DNA from: Negaprion brevirostris
Lineage: Eukaryota
Length of the DNA: 64,000 nt
Assembly (NCBI GenBank): GCA_030324005.1
Contig: JARDVH010000163.1
Coordinates: forward strand, 93,785,642 to 93,849,641
Direction of reading: 5' to 3'
The notes beneath the pieces were generated by a model. The model searched no databases and was not told the DNA's origin. It saw nothing but the letters and a program-made list of their open reading frames with translations. A program made the position numbers and the translations under genes. Below are positions 35,871-47,510 of this stretch, piece by piece; the stretch's first letter is position 1; the number at the start of each line of letters is the position of its first letter.

Positions 35871-38800
35871 GTTGGGGTTCACATGGGTACCAATGTCTGT
35901 CCTTTAAAATTAAAATTAAAATCCATTAACAACATAATGTAAAAATGTGGCATTTCTGATGGCAGTTAGGTAGGACTAAGAAAAAGGTTCTACTGAGGGA
36001 GGATGAGCACCCTTGGGGCTAAATTAAAAAGCAGAACCACAATTGTAATAGTCTTGGATTACTATCTGAGCAGCAAGCTAATTGAGGTTGTGTCAAAAAG
36101 ATCAGAGAATTGAATATGTAACTCAAAGATTAATATGGGGGAAATGGATTTCGACCCATGGGGCACTTAGCTCAGTACTGAAGAAAGAGGGAGCTGTATC
36201 TTAGAGTCGACAAACTGTACTGGAATATGTCCAGGAGAGCTATATAACTAGGTCTGTAGAGGGGGCTTTAAACTAAATAGCGGGGTGGGGCGGTATGGGG
36301 TGGAGGTTTCATATGAGGGCAGATTTGGAAAGTTAAAGAGAAACGGAGGCAATAAAGCAGGGAAGTGATTTGGGTAACACAAAACAGAGTGTGACAGAAA
36401 GGGACAGAGTGCATAAATGTGAGTGCACCAACACAAAATATCAGAGTAGGGAAAAATGGTTTTGAGCTAACAGAGGGGCAACAGAGTTCTGGTGAAAGGA
36501 GATTTAGAAATCTAAACATAAAAGTTGAGGCAATAGGTAAGACAAATTGAGTAAGATATGAAAGGACAGAGAGTTTAGCAGTAATGGTGCATTGGAGAGT
36601 AAGGTCCATTTAGGGAATATTAGAAAAAATTGAGTTCACTTATTTTGAATTCTGAATATGTTGGTAATAGATTAAGTGAATTCATGCACAAATAATGATA
36701 AATGGTTTAGAACTAACCGCCACTACAGAGACATGGTTACAAGGTGACCAGGTTTGGGAAATAAATATTCCAAGATACACAACGTATTGAAAAGATGAGC
36801 AGAATGGAAAAGAAGGAGGGTTAGCCTCAAAGTAAAGGATCATATAAGGACATTAATGAGAAAGGATCTTCGTTCAGCAAATCAAAATGTAGAATCAGTA
36901 TGGATAGAGGTTAGAAATAGCAAGAATTAGGAAGTGCTGATGGGAGTAAATTATAAGCCTCATAACAGTAGTTATACAGTTGGTCATTAAACAAGAAGTT
37001 GATTGGCTAAATAGTTTGATGGTATGAGAGTAAATAAACAGTGGGTAACATTTAAAGAAATAATTCAAACCATTAAACAAAAGTGCGTTACATAAAAAAC
37101 AAATTCTGGGCAAGAATTCATCCATGGCTTTCTAATAATGTTAACGATAATATTAGGTTTTAAAAAAGTCTTATAATGTTGCAAAGTATAGGAGTAAGTA
37201 TAAGAATTTAGAAACCAGCAAAGGGCCATCAAAGAGTTGATCAAAAAGGGGAAAGAATGTGGGAATAAACTAGCCAAGATATCAAAATAGATTGTAAGAG
37301 TTTTTACTTGTATATAATGAGGAAGCAATAAAAGTAAATTTGGTCCTTTAGAATCAGTNNNNNNNNNNATGGCAGACTTTGGCTGGAATTCTGTTATCTG
37401 GGATCTTGTACCATTGCTGCCAGCCAGAACGGAGAATTTGGTGCTCAGCCAGGTCTCCATTCACTGCAGCGGGACCAGAGAACTCTAGCTGCAGGTGAGG
37501 TTGAAGAATTCCAGCCAGTACATTTTGTCTATTTCTACATTAGAAGGCAGAAGTTGCATACCCTGATATAGAGGTTAATCTATAGGCTGAAAGAGTGAGC
37601 AATTTAAGTAAATGAGAAAAATATTGGAGAAGAAACTCAGGAGGCTAAAAATCTGATAAAAGGAGCTGATCTCCCAATTCTAGAGTTGTAAAAGAGATAG
37701 CTGCAGAGTTAGTGGATGCATTGGCTATGATTTTCCAGATTCTGGAATAGCCCCAGATGATTCAAATTAGTAAATGTAATACACCTATTCAAGAAAGGAG
37801 TGAGAGACCAGGAACTACAATCCAGTTAGTCTAACGTCGATCTTTGGGAAAATGCTGGAATCTATTATTTAGTACGTCTTAACAATGCACTTAGGAAATC
37901 AGTATGATTAAAATCAACATGGTTTTATTAAAAAATATTTGAACACTATTAAAGTTTTTTTGAGGATGTAATTAATACGGTAGATAAAAGGGACACTTTT
38001 AGTACACTTGGACTTAATGGCATTTGGTAAGGTTAATTTTTAAATTGGCAGGTTGTGACGTGTGACGTGTGGAGAGCTGCAAGCATCAATACTGCGGTCT
38101 CTGCTATTTACAATCTATTTAGTGACTTTAAAAAGGAGCCAGAGAGTGAAGTTTCTAAATTGCTGATGATGCAGAGTCAGTTGGGGGNNNNNNNNNNNNN
38201 NNNNNNNNNNNNNNNNNNNNNNNNNNNNNNNNNNNNNNNNNNNNNNNNNNNNNNNNNNNNNNNNNNNNNNNNNNNNNNNNNNNNNNNGGTACAAGCTGTG
38301 AGGAGGACACAAAGAGGCTGGAAAGACATGTAGACAGATGAGGTGATTGGGCAACAAATTGGCAGATGGGAATGTAAAGTGGGTAGTGAGAGGTTTTTAA
38401 CTTTGGATATGACTAGAAAAGCAGAATTTTTAAAAAAATATGTAAAACATGTAAATGTTGATTTTCAGAGATTTTGGGTGAAATCATACAAGAAACACAA
38501 AGTTAGCAGGCAGGTACCACAAGCAATTAAGAAAGCAAATGGCACATTGGCCTTTTTTGCAATGGAATTGGAGAATAAGGATAACGAATGCAATCGTATG
38601 TTGATCCAATACCTAAAATAGTGCATGCAATTTGGTCTCCATATTTACATTGGAGACAGTAGAGTATAGCGAAGAGCCACGAGTTTGGTGCCTGGGATGA
38701 ATGGGTTTTCTTATAATGAGAAGCTGAATAAATTTGATCCATATTCTCAGGAGTTTAGAAGAATGTCGTGATTGCATTGAAATATTTAAAATAGTGTAGG

Positions 38801-39146
38801 GGCTTGACAGAAGAGATTGTGAGAGGTTGTTTCCCCAGGCCGAGCAATCTATAACAAGTGTTCACAGTTTCAGGGCTGATCACTTAGGAGTGGGATGAGA
38901 AATTTTGTAACTCAAAGGATTGTGAATCTTTGGAGTTCTCCTCCCTTTAGGGCTGTGAACAGACCATCACTGAACATATTTAAGGCTGAATGTGACAGAT
39001 ATTTGGTCTCTCAGGGAATCAAGGCATATGGGGAGCAGGCATAAAAGTGAATTCAATCTCAAGATTAGAAATGATCATATTAAATGGCTAATCAAGCTTA
39101 CTGAGCCATGTGATCTTCTTTTGCTCCCATTTCTTGTGCACTTATG
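35871..39146 (+). mobile_element. Old CR1 LINE with ORF1 remnant, endonuclease, RT and 3' UTR, heavily decayed
   Basis: gttcacatgggtaccaatg (VHxGTN of the ORF1 esterase), actacagagacatggttacaagg (TETWLQ, EN), ggaactacaatccagttagtctaacgtc (NYxPVSLTS), QAIKKANGTLAF, and 3' end ttgctcccatttcttgtgcacttatg. Confidence 0.85.
37381..37516. mobile_element. 136-bp MITE nested in CR1
   Basis: Perfect 12-bp TIR ggctggaattct / agaattccagcc (13 bp with the flanking t/a); interior homologous to 32964-33100. Confidence 0.85.
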
Positions 39147-40514
39147 ACTCAAGTAAATTAACCAAACTTTGACTAAACTAAGCCAACTAGTAATTTTCTG
39201 AATTAGATACTGTCCGTTAATTCTGTTCATATTATGAAGGATTTTGAACTGAATTTATTCAGTGATGTGATGGCATGATTAACATAGCATATCAAGTTCT
39301 GGAATGTTTTTTGAAAATCAATTGTTGTTTAAACAGAATAGACTAGATTTTAAATTTCACTGCTGTGCAAAAGACTTCAATCTCACCATTGCAGGAAAAG
39401 CTTCCATTTTGTGTTTGGGCACCAAGGGTTTTAATCACAACACCCTGAGGAAAGCAAAATCTCAACAAGTAATTAAAGTATGTGCTTATATCAAATCAGT
39501 TGAAATGCATTTGAATAAATTGAGATAAGATAGATAAAATCAACGTCTGCCAACTAAGAATACTTTCTGTCTATGGTGCAGCCAAATGGGTACTGAAGGA
39601 AGCTTTTCCAATGTTGCCTGCAACCTGATGAGATCACAAAAATAATTTAAAATTGGAAAAGTTGGCCTTGTAGGGTGGCAACTATGTTGAACAGTCTCAA
39701 AGTAGTTAACGCCAAGTCAAACCACAAAGGGCAGACTGTATCTATTAAAAAACAGGGTTGTACCTGATGTGTTGAATAGCCATTTCCTATTTCTATTCTT
39801 GTTCTTGATTTACTCTTACTACCACAAGATTATTTATAAAGTATACACTTCAAATATCCTTCTATCTTAGTAAAATGGAAGTTGGGCCCTTAGCTGTACA
39901 TATTGGTTCAGCCAGGAGCTTCTTAGCATATTAACAGACTCAAGCTGCAGATAGCTTTGTTAGCCCTGGTGTTGAAAGAACAGGTCCATAACAGGTATGA
40001 GAGTGTCTGAAGAGACAACAAACACAAATATAATGTAGGATGATTAATATGCAGGGAGGGCTCAGCCCCAACCTTGGAATAATGCCCATTGTCCTTTTCT
40101 CATGCCAGTATTTTTGGTCAGTATCCATGTAGATTACTTCAACAATATCTGCAAAGTATGGACAAACTTATATGTTTTTGTCTAACTTTATTGTCTTGAT
40201 CTGACACTTTGACACTTTGGCAGTGCTATACTTCAAGCTGCCAAACCAAAATTAACATTGCGCCATATAGTTTGTCCTATCCAATATTTGTACTTATTTT
40301 TTATATAATCCCACAGTATGTGGAGGTTTAATGAATAAATGTGTTATACTAAATAATGTAGGTAAAGCCTTTCTTTTCTATAGATTTAAATAATTTAAAA
40401 TTTCATACATAAAATATCTCCATTTCCATCCTGAAGGCACTAATTCATCTAGATACAGTTTCGCAGCCAACAGCTGGCTTTTGATATTCTTTATGAACAA
40501 GCTTAGGTAATGAA

Positions 40515-40780
40515 TAGTAGGCTATTTGGCTGTGGGGGACATCATATTTGAGCCCAATTTTGTTGTCAAACAAACATCAACAAATATGTGCATTTTCAGA
40601 AAAATGCATTGGATGATGCTTTGAAGTTGGAACTTTGGCATTTTTTTTCTTGCCCTAGCCTATAGAACTTACATTACTCAAACATATTCCCATGTTCTGG
40701 GTGGGTGCAGCAGACTTGAGATTGAACCTTGGACCTTCCTAGTCTGTCAGTAAGTTTTGCGCTGGTAGTACAATTACTAA
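40515..40780 (-). mobile_element. AmnSINE2-like old SINE
   Basis: aggctatttggctgtgggggacatcatatttgagcccaat...gattgaaccttggaccttcctagtctgt is the reverse complement of motifs in the + copies. Confidence 0.65.
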
Positions 40781-41429
40781 CAGACAGTTCATTGTGAAGA
40801 TTTCTGGAAAGTTTTGTTGGATTTACTGAGGCACATGCATTGGACTATTGACGAATTCAACCCCCAAGACGAACATCTTCATTGCGTTAAAATCCATGTT
40901 TTGTGATGTGGTTTTTCTACCAAGATAATTGTAATATTGGGATACTCAATCCCAGATTTCAATATTTCTTTCAAACTTAGTATGTGCTTCACAAACTGAT
41001 ATACAATCATTCATTGATTGTCAATTTGTATGAGCTTCTCTGCTTTTCTGTGGTATGAACAGGTTACTTTGCAAAAGGAGAAAGCAGTCTGTGTTCATTA
41101 ATGAATGTAAAGATCTCTTTGAAAATGACATAGGGGTGAAGTATGAATTCATGACTGAGAATGCTGTTGGAAGCACCAAATCATTTTCACACTAAAATGG
41201 ATGCAATAATATTGGACAACACAAGTTTTAAAAATCAATTTTCAGTTGTCATTTAAAAGTGTGGTGTAGAAAATTAAATAATTCCATTAATTTACTTGAC
41301 CATTGCAGCTTTTCAAACTCTAATTTGCAAGTCACATGTATGTTTTATTTACCTGCTGTGGAAATATTTTTTCAAAAAGTACTTCATCTCCATGCCTCCA
41401 AGTGTGGAAATTTGGCTGTCCCTTTTGTT

Positions 41430-42190
41430 CGTAGTTATCATGGTACCAAACTGAGAGGGACTGCAAGCAGCAGGCATAAGGGCAGTGAAATACCTAAGGA
41501 GCTAGAGAGATGGGGGACATGTGGAAATACGTACATGCGGACAAAGGCAAAAATTATGAGAGTGAGGAACAGCAGTATTATTTTACACAAGTCAAAAACA
41601 GAAGAGGGTTTTGGGTCCCTAATGGATACATATCTGAAGTCAGCTACACATGGTACGTGGCAGCAGTGAAGAGAAGGAAAACTGTAAAAAAAAGTGATGT
41701 GTTTGTGGAAAATGCAGTTTGACCCACCTGGAATTACTGTGTATGATTCTGACCATTTCAATCTGAGAAAGACACTCGGATATTGGAGAGGGTGCAGTGA
41801 AGGATAACTTAGTTGATAACTGAAATTAGGAATCTGACTCTCAGAGAAAAGCTGAATATGCTGGAGAAAAGAGAGCTCAGGGTAATTTTAATGAAATATT
41901 CAAGATCCTAATGGTTATAGACAGGATAATTGTTAATATGCTTAATGTCAATTCTACATTAAAAGGTATAGACAGTTTTGGTTTAACTACTTAATATATG
42001 GAACGGATTGCCAAGGGAAGCACGGGGAACTGATGGTATCATCAAATTCAAGAAAGTTGGATAAGTACCTAGAGAAAATAATTGATAGAGAGTTTAAGAG
42101 GTATTGTGAGATCTGATACATCATAGTCACTGAGATTAGCCAGTTGGACTCCAGTAGTCTTTTCAGATCTTTTACATTCCAATGTTCCTT
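41430..42190 (+). mobile_element. Old CR1 LINE 3' fragment, from RT C-terminus to 3' UTR
   Basis: catggtaccaaactgagaggg (decayed DDTKLGG), ccacctggaattactgtgta (HLEYCV), ttggagagggtgcagtgaagg (LERVQ), and tail ttacattccaatgttcct. Confidence 0.75.
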
Positions 42191-42554
42191 TGAACTTGCA
42201 ATAATCAAGGTGATTAAAGTAAGTGTGGAACTTTAGAATATGTGCATTGCAGATTGTCATTTATCTCTCTGAATATTAACACAAGTTAAATGCTTGCTGT
42301 TCTCATTGTGAATCATAATGCTGCCTCTATTTCACCATTGTTTTGTAGGTAGACCAACTGGCTTAAAGCTTGGTCTTGAAGTTAAATGTTCATTTGAACC
42401 AAAATGTTGTTTATTGGAAATTATAATAATCTGTGTAACAAAATAATTATTAATGATTAACTGACTAGAATATTGAGGATATACACATAGTTAGATAAGG
42501 CAAGAGACTACTGTTAATTGCTTCAAATTATTTATTTCCCATTTCATCACATAC

Positions 42555-42909
42555 AATCATAGAATCCCTACAGTGCAGAAGAAGGCCATTCAGCCCTTTG
42601 GGTCTGCACTGACCTACCAGCAGACCCGTAGGGTCCTCTCCGCACCCTATCCCCATAACCTCATACATTTATCTCACTAATTTCTCTAATCTGCACATTT
42701 TTGGGCACTAAGGGACAATTTAGCATGGCCAATCCACTAACCTGCACATCTTTGGATTGCGGGAGGTAACCAGAGAACCTGGAGAAAATGCACTCAGGCA
42801 CGAAGAGAACGTGCAGACTCCACAAAAACTGTCACCCAACGCTGGAATCGAACTTGAGTTCCTGGCGCTGTGAGGCAGCAGTGCTAACCACTGTGCCGCC
42901 ATGCTGCCC
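42555..42909 (-). mobile_element. Full-length HE1 V-SINE
   Basis: Runs from head gggcagcatggcggcacagtggttagcactgctgcctcacagcgccagg through the V-domain to tail gcactgtagggattctatgatt. Confidence 0.95.
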
Positions 42910-43403
42910 CATGCTGTATCTAATAAATAGAACTAAAGTTAGCTCTGCCTGGTCTGACTTGTGTTAGAGCACTATATGTACAGTAAATAGTTTTACTTTC
43001 AACGTTATTTCCCCACCCCTCTGCTACTTCCCCTGCCCCCTTGGCATCCATAGATGCAATCTTCATGTGCCAGCTCCCTCTTTTTCTTGGAACTTTTCAA
43101 ATTAATCTTACTTTTAAAGAAAGAATCCCACTTTATTGCTCTGCAATCTGTGGTAAGATTATGATTTATAGTCACTAAGGATGCCTGTTATTTCAGGAGA
43201 GGTTAGTAAGGTTTCCTTGTAGGCTACATGTGAAGTTGGAGCAGATGCTTGAGCAGGAAGGTCACCTTTACTTTTCACTTGCAACAGAAGCCTCATTTGT
43301 TCCATGTCATTTTAAGAAGTTATTCAACAATGGATTTATTTACGTTGTTTTTCGGCTTTCTGGGACTTGTAGAAAAGAAGTAATGATTTCCCTTTGATGC
43401 ACA

Positions 43404-43588
43404 GGTCCCAATTTTAACCAAACCCGTTCAATTTGAATGGAATAGTTTTGAGTCTATCATCCGTTTTATAACTTGCTTGTTTTATATGCCATTGTTTCAA
43501 TGGGGAGTAAAGTCAGATTAGACACAGAATGGGTATGTGATCTGAACTAGTCCAGTTCTCATCAAGCAGGATAGGTCAAAATCAAGGC
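43404..43588. mobile_element. Old palindromic MITE
   Basis: Ends ggtcccaattttaacc / ggtcaaaatcaaggc, with central palindrome ccattgtttcaatgg. Confidence 0.55.
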
Positions 43589-45965
43589 TACAGTGTCAGC
43601 TAGTTTACTGTTTTGAAATAATTTGATTAAAAAATCTGCACTCTTTAATCAGTTTAAAATCTACAGTCAATAGACATTAGTTTATAACAGGCACATAAAC
43701 AAATGGATTTAAATTAAGCTGTTTAAGCAGTCNNNNNNNNNNNNNNNNNNNNNNNNNNNNNTTATTCAGTTATTACTCACTCTGTATGTCAGACAGCAAT
43801 GTGACACCATCCAGCTTTATTCTAGTTAAGGACAAAGAACTGGTGTAAACACCGAGAAGTCACAATCAGTTTCAATTAGTACAATTGTTTTAAACTGAAG
43901 GAAACCCACATGTAAATTAAATGTATATATGAACTAAAATCATTTTAGATTTCTTTATAAGTTTGGATCAGCCCCTAGCAGACTTAAATTAAAGATCTTT
44001 TGAAGTCCATTACGTGTAGAGGTGGTCGCCGATCATCCAGAGTGTGGGGAAATTTTGTTGGATTCACACTGAAGCAGATAAACTATTAGCGGTGTCTTAT
44101 CATAAGTTTTCAAAACCAAATGTTCTGGTAGGAATATGCCACTGTGGAAATTTAGCTTTCAGTAAACGGTGTTACAGTTGAATTCCACTCACATAAATTA
44201 TGACAACTAAGGTTGGCTGTTCTGTGGTTTGTTGTGTCTGGTTTGGTTCCTACTTTGAAAGTTGCCGTTACATTTGGTCATTTGAGGCATGTTTTCATAG
44301 TCTGGCCCTACCAGCAGGATCCCCATGCACTGCAGGGGAACGGAGCAAGCAAATTTAAAGCCACGAATGGTTTAACTAGTGGTAATTACAAACAGTGGTA
44401 AAAAAATGTACATTATATGCAGCTGTTACACTATCTTATCTTCTTCACAGTTGTTTAAATGTGTAAAAAATCATTCTGAAAAAAATTGCCATGTTTTCTT
44501 AGACATGTGGCCTTGATATTCTCACTTCCCTCTACCATCCCCCAAAACTGATATCACCTCTCCAGCTCTTATAAAGGGGTGATTTTTGATAAGTAGAATA
44601 AACAAGGTAAATAGCTGTTGTTTGAGGAACATCTGTTGATAAGACAGATTGTAGAGTATACAGTCTGCAAATTTAGCAGCGTTTGGAGAGGGAAAAAACA
44701 TAGTGGTAACACTTTAAAAATCCATCAGGGAGTTACAGATAATAATAGAATAATAGAAGTGGCAGCACAAAAATCATCAGGCTGCCTGGCTGTTTCTGTC
44801 ATAAAATTTGCTCAATAATTTTGAACAGTGTTTATAAGTTTTTGTAAGAGAACCTTGTAGGACATACCTACTTACATATTAACCAGTTTTATTGTCAGTT
44901 AGAGGAGACAGATAAATAGTTCATGTTTACCACATTCAGACAAGAGAATACACAAAGGATTAATTTTCCGTGAGCTACATCATCAGGGAGGTACAATCAT
45001 ACTGCAGAATGATATGCAATTCCAGATTACAGACAGTTGCTCTAGTTATTTATAGTATGGTCGACATGAGAGATCTGAATAAAATGCCTTTTCTCTTGCA
45101 TTGTCACTCATCTGTCTGGAATAGATGTCCAAACCTAAAGTTTAAATTCATGTATAAATGATGAGTAGAATGACATTTTGGAAATGAAAGAAGTAATAGT
45201 AGTTTTTGGCACCCACACATCTTGTTTATTTGCATTTTAAGTTTTAGTTTTATGTCAGAAAGAAAAAATGCTTCATATGTTCCAAGAAAATGGTAATTTT
45301 TTATTTGTTCTGGTCTGCTTTAGGTGTTTCCCCCACCTCAGACCTTTTTTTTTGTTAGTTACGTTTATCGCGAGGAAGTTGTGGTTTTTCAAGATATTTC
45401 CCACTTAGAGTCTTATCAATAACTTTTGATTTTGCTTTGTTTCAGTGCCCTCACTGAGCACTTCCACCTTAAGAGTCACTTAAGATGGTGACTTTATCAT
45501 CAAGAGGGTTGGACCCAGAATTTTGAATGCATGGAATTGAAATCTATCATTTATCGAAGGGCACAGAGGTAAGCTATATAACATATGGCTAAGCATTTGT
45601 GTGTGTGTACATATGTGAGAGTATATGGAGGGAAGGCAAAAGGGTTTGGTGAGGGGTGGGTTGTGGGTGCAGAAGTACTTTGATTTCCTGGAAGTGAAAA
45701 TAATCTAAGCTTTCTCATAATTACAGATAAGTGATTGTATTAACCCACAGTTTCCATTCAATAACTTTAAAAACTGCAGTGTTGCTGTTCTAATTTGGCT
45801 AATCACTACCCTTAATCAGTGGTGATTAAGCCAGCACTTTCAAAAGTCAAACTGGATCTTTAGTCATTTGAATGTTTGGCTTGGCTGATGGACCAACAGA
45901 GAATTGAACGTTTTTCCTTGCTGTGTGTAGAATTGGATAACTGACTGAGGTTCTGGAGGGATGTG

Positions 45966-46990
45966 TGGGTCGGAATTCTTCCAGAAAGACTCTTAAGTGC
46001 TGAATTCACGTGAAAACTGGAGTAATTCATGCTGATTATTTCAGTGGGAGTTCAGAGAAGAATCTCCCAAATTCTGCGCACTGCAGAAGGTATTAGCATA
46101 TATATCATTCTAAATCAGGGGCTGGGGCCTATTCCCACCAGAGAGGCCAGCAGCATTGTGCTGAGCGAGCCCCTGCATGTACACCGATCTGTCAGCGCCG
46201 AGATCAGAGCATATGCAGTGGTCCCTGTCTGCTGGTCAACCAATTGCTGGCCAGCTTGATCGCGGGCCTGTCCCATGACACCCCCTAATGGGCCGATCGC
46301 TGACATTCCCCTGAGCATTCCTGGGCCAGGCGTGAATCCCTCCTCTCAGCCTATTCTGATCTCCATCTCCCTGCCCCAATCGCTGGTCTCTATCCTTCCC
46401 CCACAGATCCCGGTTGCAGAGTGGCACTTTGTCTCTTGGGCAGTGCCAGTAGACTTAGGCTGGCACTGCCAAGGTGCCAGTGCTGAGGAGGCACCCCTTG
46501 CCACCACCCAACCCTCTGGGGGGCTCCAATTGCCTCCCTTCCCTCCAGCAGGATTGGGCTGCTGGGTCTCCGTTGGTGGGGAGCTACTGCAATCCCCACC
46601 GGCATGAACCATTTTGGGGAGGGATGCTAGTGAAGTCCTGGGTGCGCTAATGAAACATAAATTATATTTAAATGACCATTTAAATGGTCCTGGCGCCTCC
46701 CCACAGATTTACGGCGTGAAGCTGACGCTGCTGGAAATCTGGTGCTGGAAGATGCTGTCAGTGCAGGAATGTATGCATAAACCCTGCAAATCGGCCGCCG
46801 TGAGAATCTACCGGCCTGCTGCACTTAGAAAAACAAANNNNNNNNNNNNNNNNNNNNNNNNNNNNNNNNNNNNNNNNNNNNNNNNNNNNNNNNNNNNNNN
46901 NNNNNNNNNNNNNNNNNNNNNNNNNNNNNNNNNNNNNCGCCGTGAGAATCTACCGGCCTGCTGCACTAAAAAATTAGTGGGATGGGAGTG
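45966..46990. mobile_element. About 1-kb GC-rich non-autonomous DNA transposon with GGG-TIR, spanning a 100-N gap
   Basis: Starts gggtcggaattct, identical to the reverse complement of the right TIR of 32964-33100. The interior is CpG-rich with tgcc/ggca repeats; the right end is degenerate. Confidence 0.65.
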
Positions 46991-46999
46991 TGTCAGCAT

Positions 47000-47510
47000 C
47001 CATGAGAGAAAGTATGGGATTACTTCAGTTAACCACTGCACCTCTGTAATACAGTCAAGAAAACACAAGCTCTTCATTGCTATCCAACGATCCTGCCGCA
47101 AGCAACAGATGCCTGATTAACAACTGAGAATAAGATCAGACTGAAATAAAAAGAGAAAACGCAGAAAATACCCAACAAGTAGGCAACATTTGTAGAGGGA
47201 GAACAGAGTTAATATTTCAGTTTGATGATCAAAAGTCAATTCTGTTCTCTCTTCATGAATGCTGCCTGACATGCTGAGAATTTCCAACATTTTCCCTTTT
47301 CAGATTTCCGGCATCCACACAGTATTATGCTTTTTGACAGAGTCAGATTGACTGCGTTATCCTATAAAGCCAAGTAACACTCCAACACTTGCCACCTACC
47401 CAGCTTATACTCACAAATGAAAGTGATCTGGGTGAAATACTAGAGGGGTTCAAGCATCCCATGGAGATGTAATTCAGCGGGAGTCACTAACTTAAAATAG
47501 GAGGGGGGAA
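47000..47510 (+). mobile_element. AmnSINE2-like old SINE interrupted by a Penelope-type palindrome
   Basis: gctcttcattgctatccaacgatcctgc...gagaataagatcagactg lies left of the insertion, and ctcacaaatgaaag...tgggtgaaatactagagggg...cccatggag lies right of it. Confidence 0.6.
47141..47335. mobile_element. Palindromic Penelope-type element
   Basis: ctgaaataaaaagagaaaacgcagaaaatacccaacaagtaggcaacatttgtagagggagaacagag pairs with tctgttctctcttcatgaatgctgcctgacatgctgagaatttccaacattttt. Confidence 0.75.

Noticed and set aside
42840-42909. tRNA-like sequences with A/B boxes (also 7921-7998, 24124-24190, 30610-30679)
   Set aside because: They are SINE heads continuing into SINE bodies, with no full cloverleaf, so not tRNA genes.
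46029-46824. Cluster of overlapping GC-rich ORFs or CpG island (similarly 50590-51288)
   Set aside because: They lie inside GC-rich non-autonomous transposons, where few stop codons is a compositional effect.
46796-46967. 30-bp direct repeat cgccgtgagaatctaccggcctgctgcact on both sides of a 100-N gap
   Set aside because: Typical overlap of contig ends across a placeholder gap, so probably an assembly artefact rather than a real duplication.
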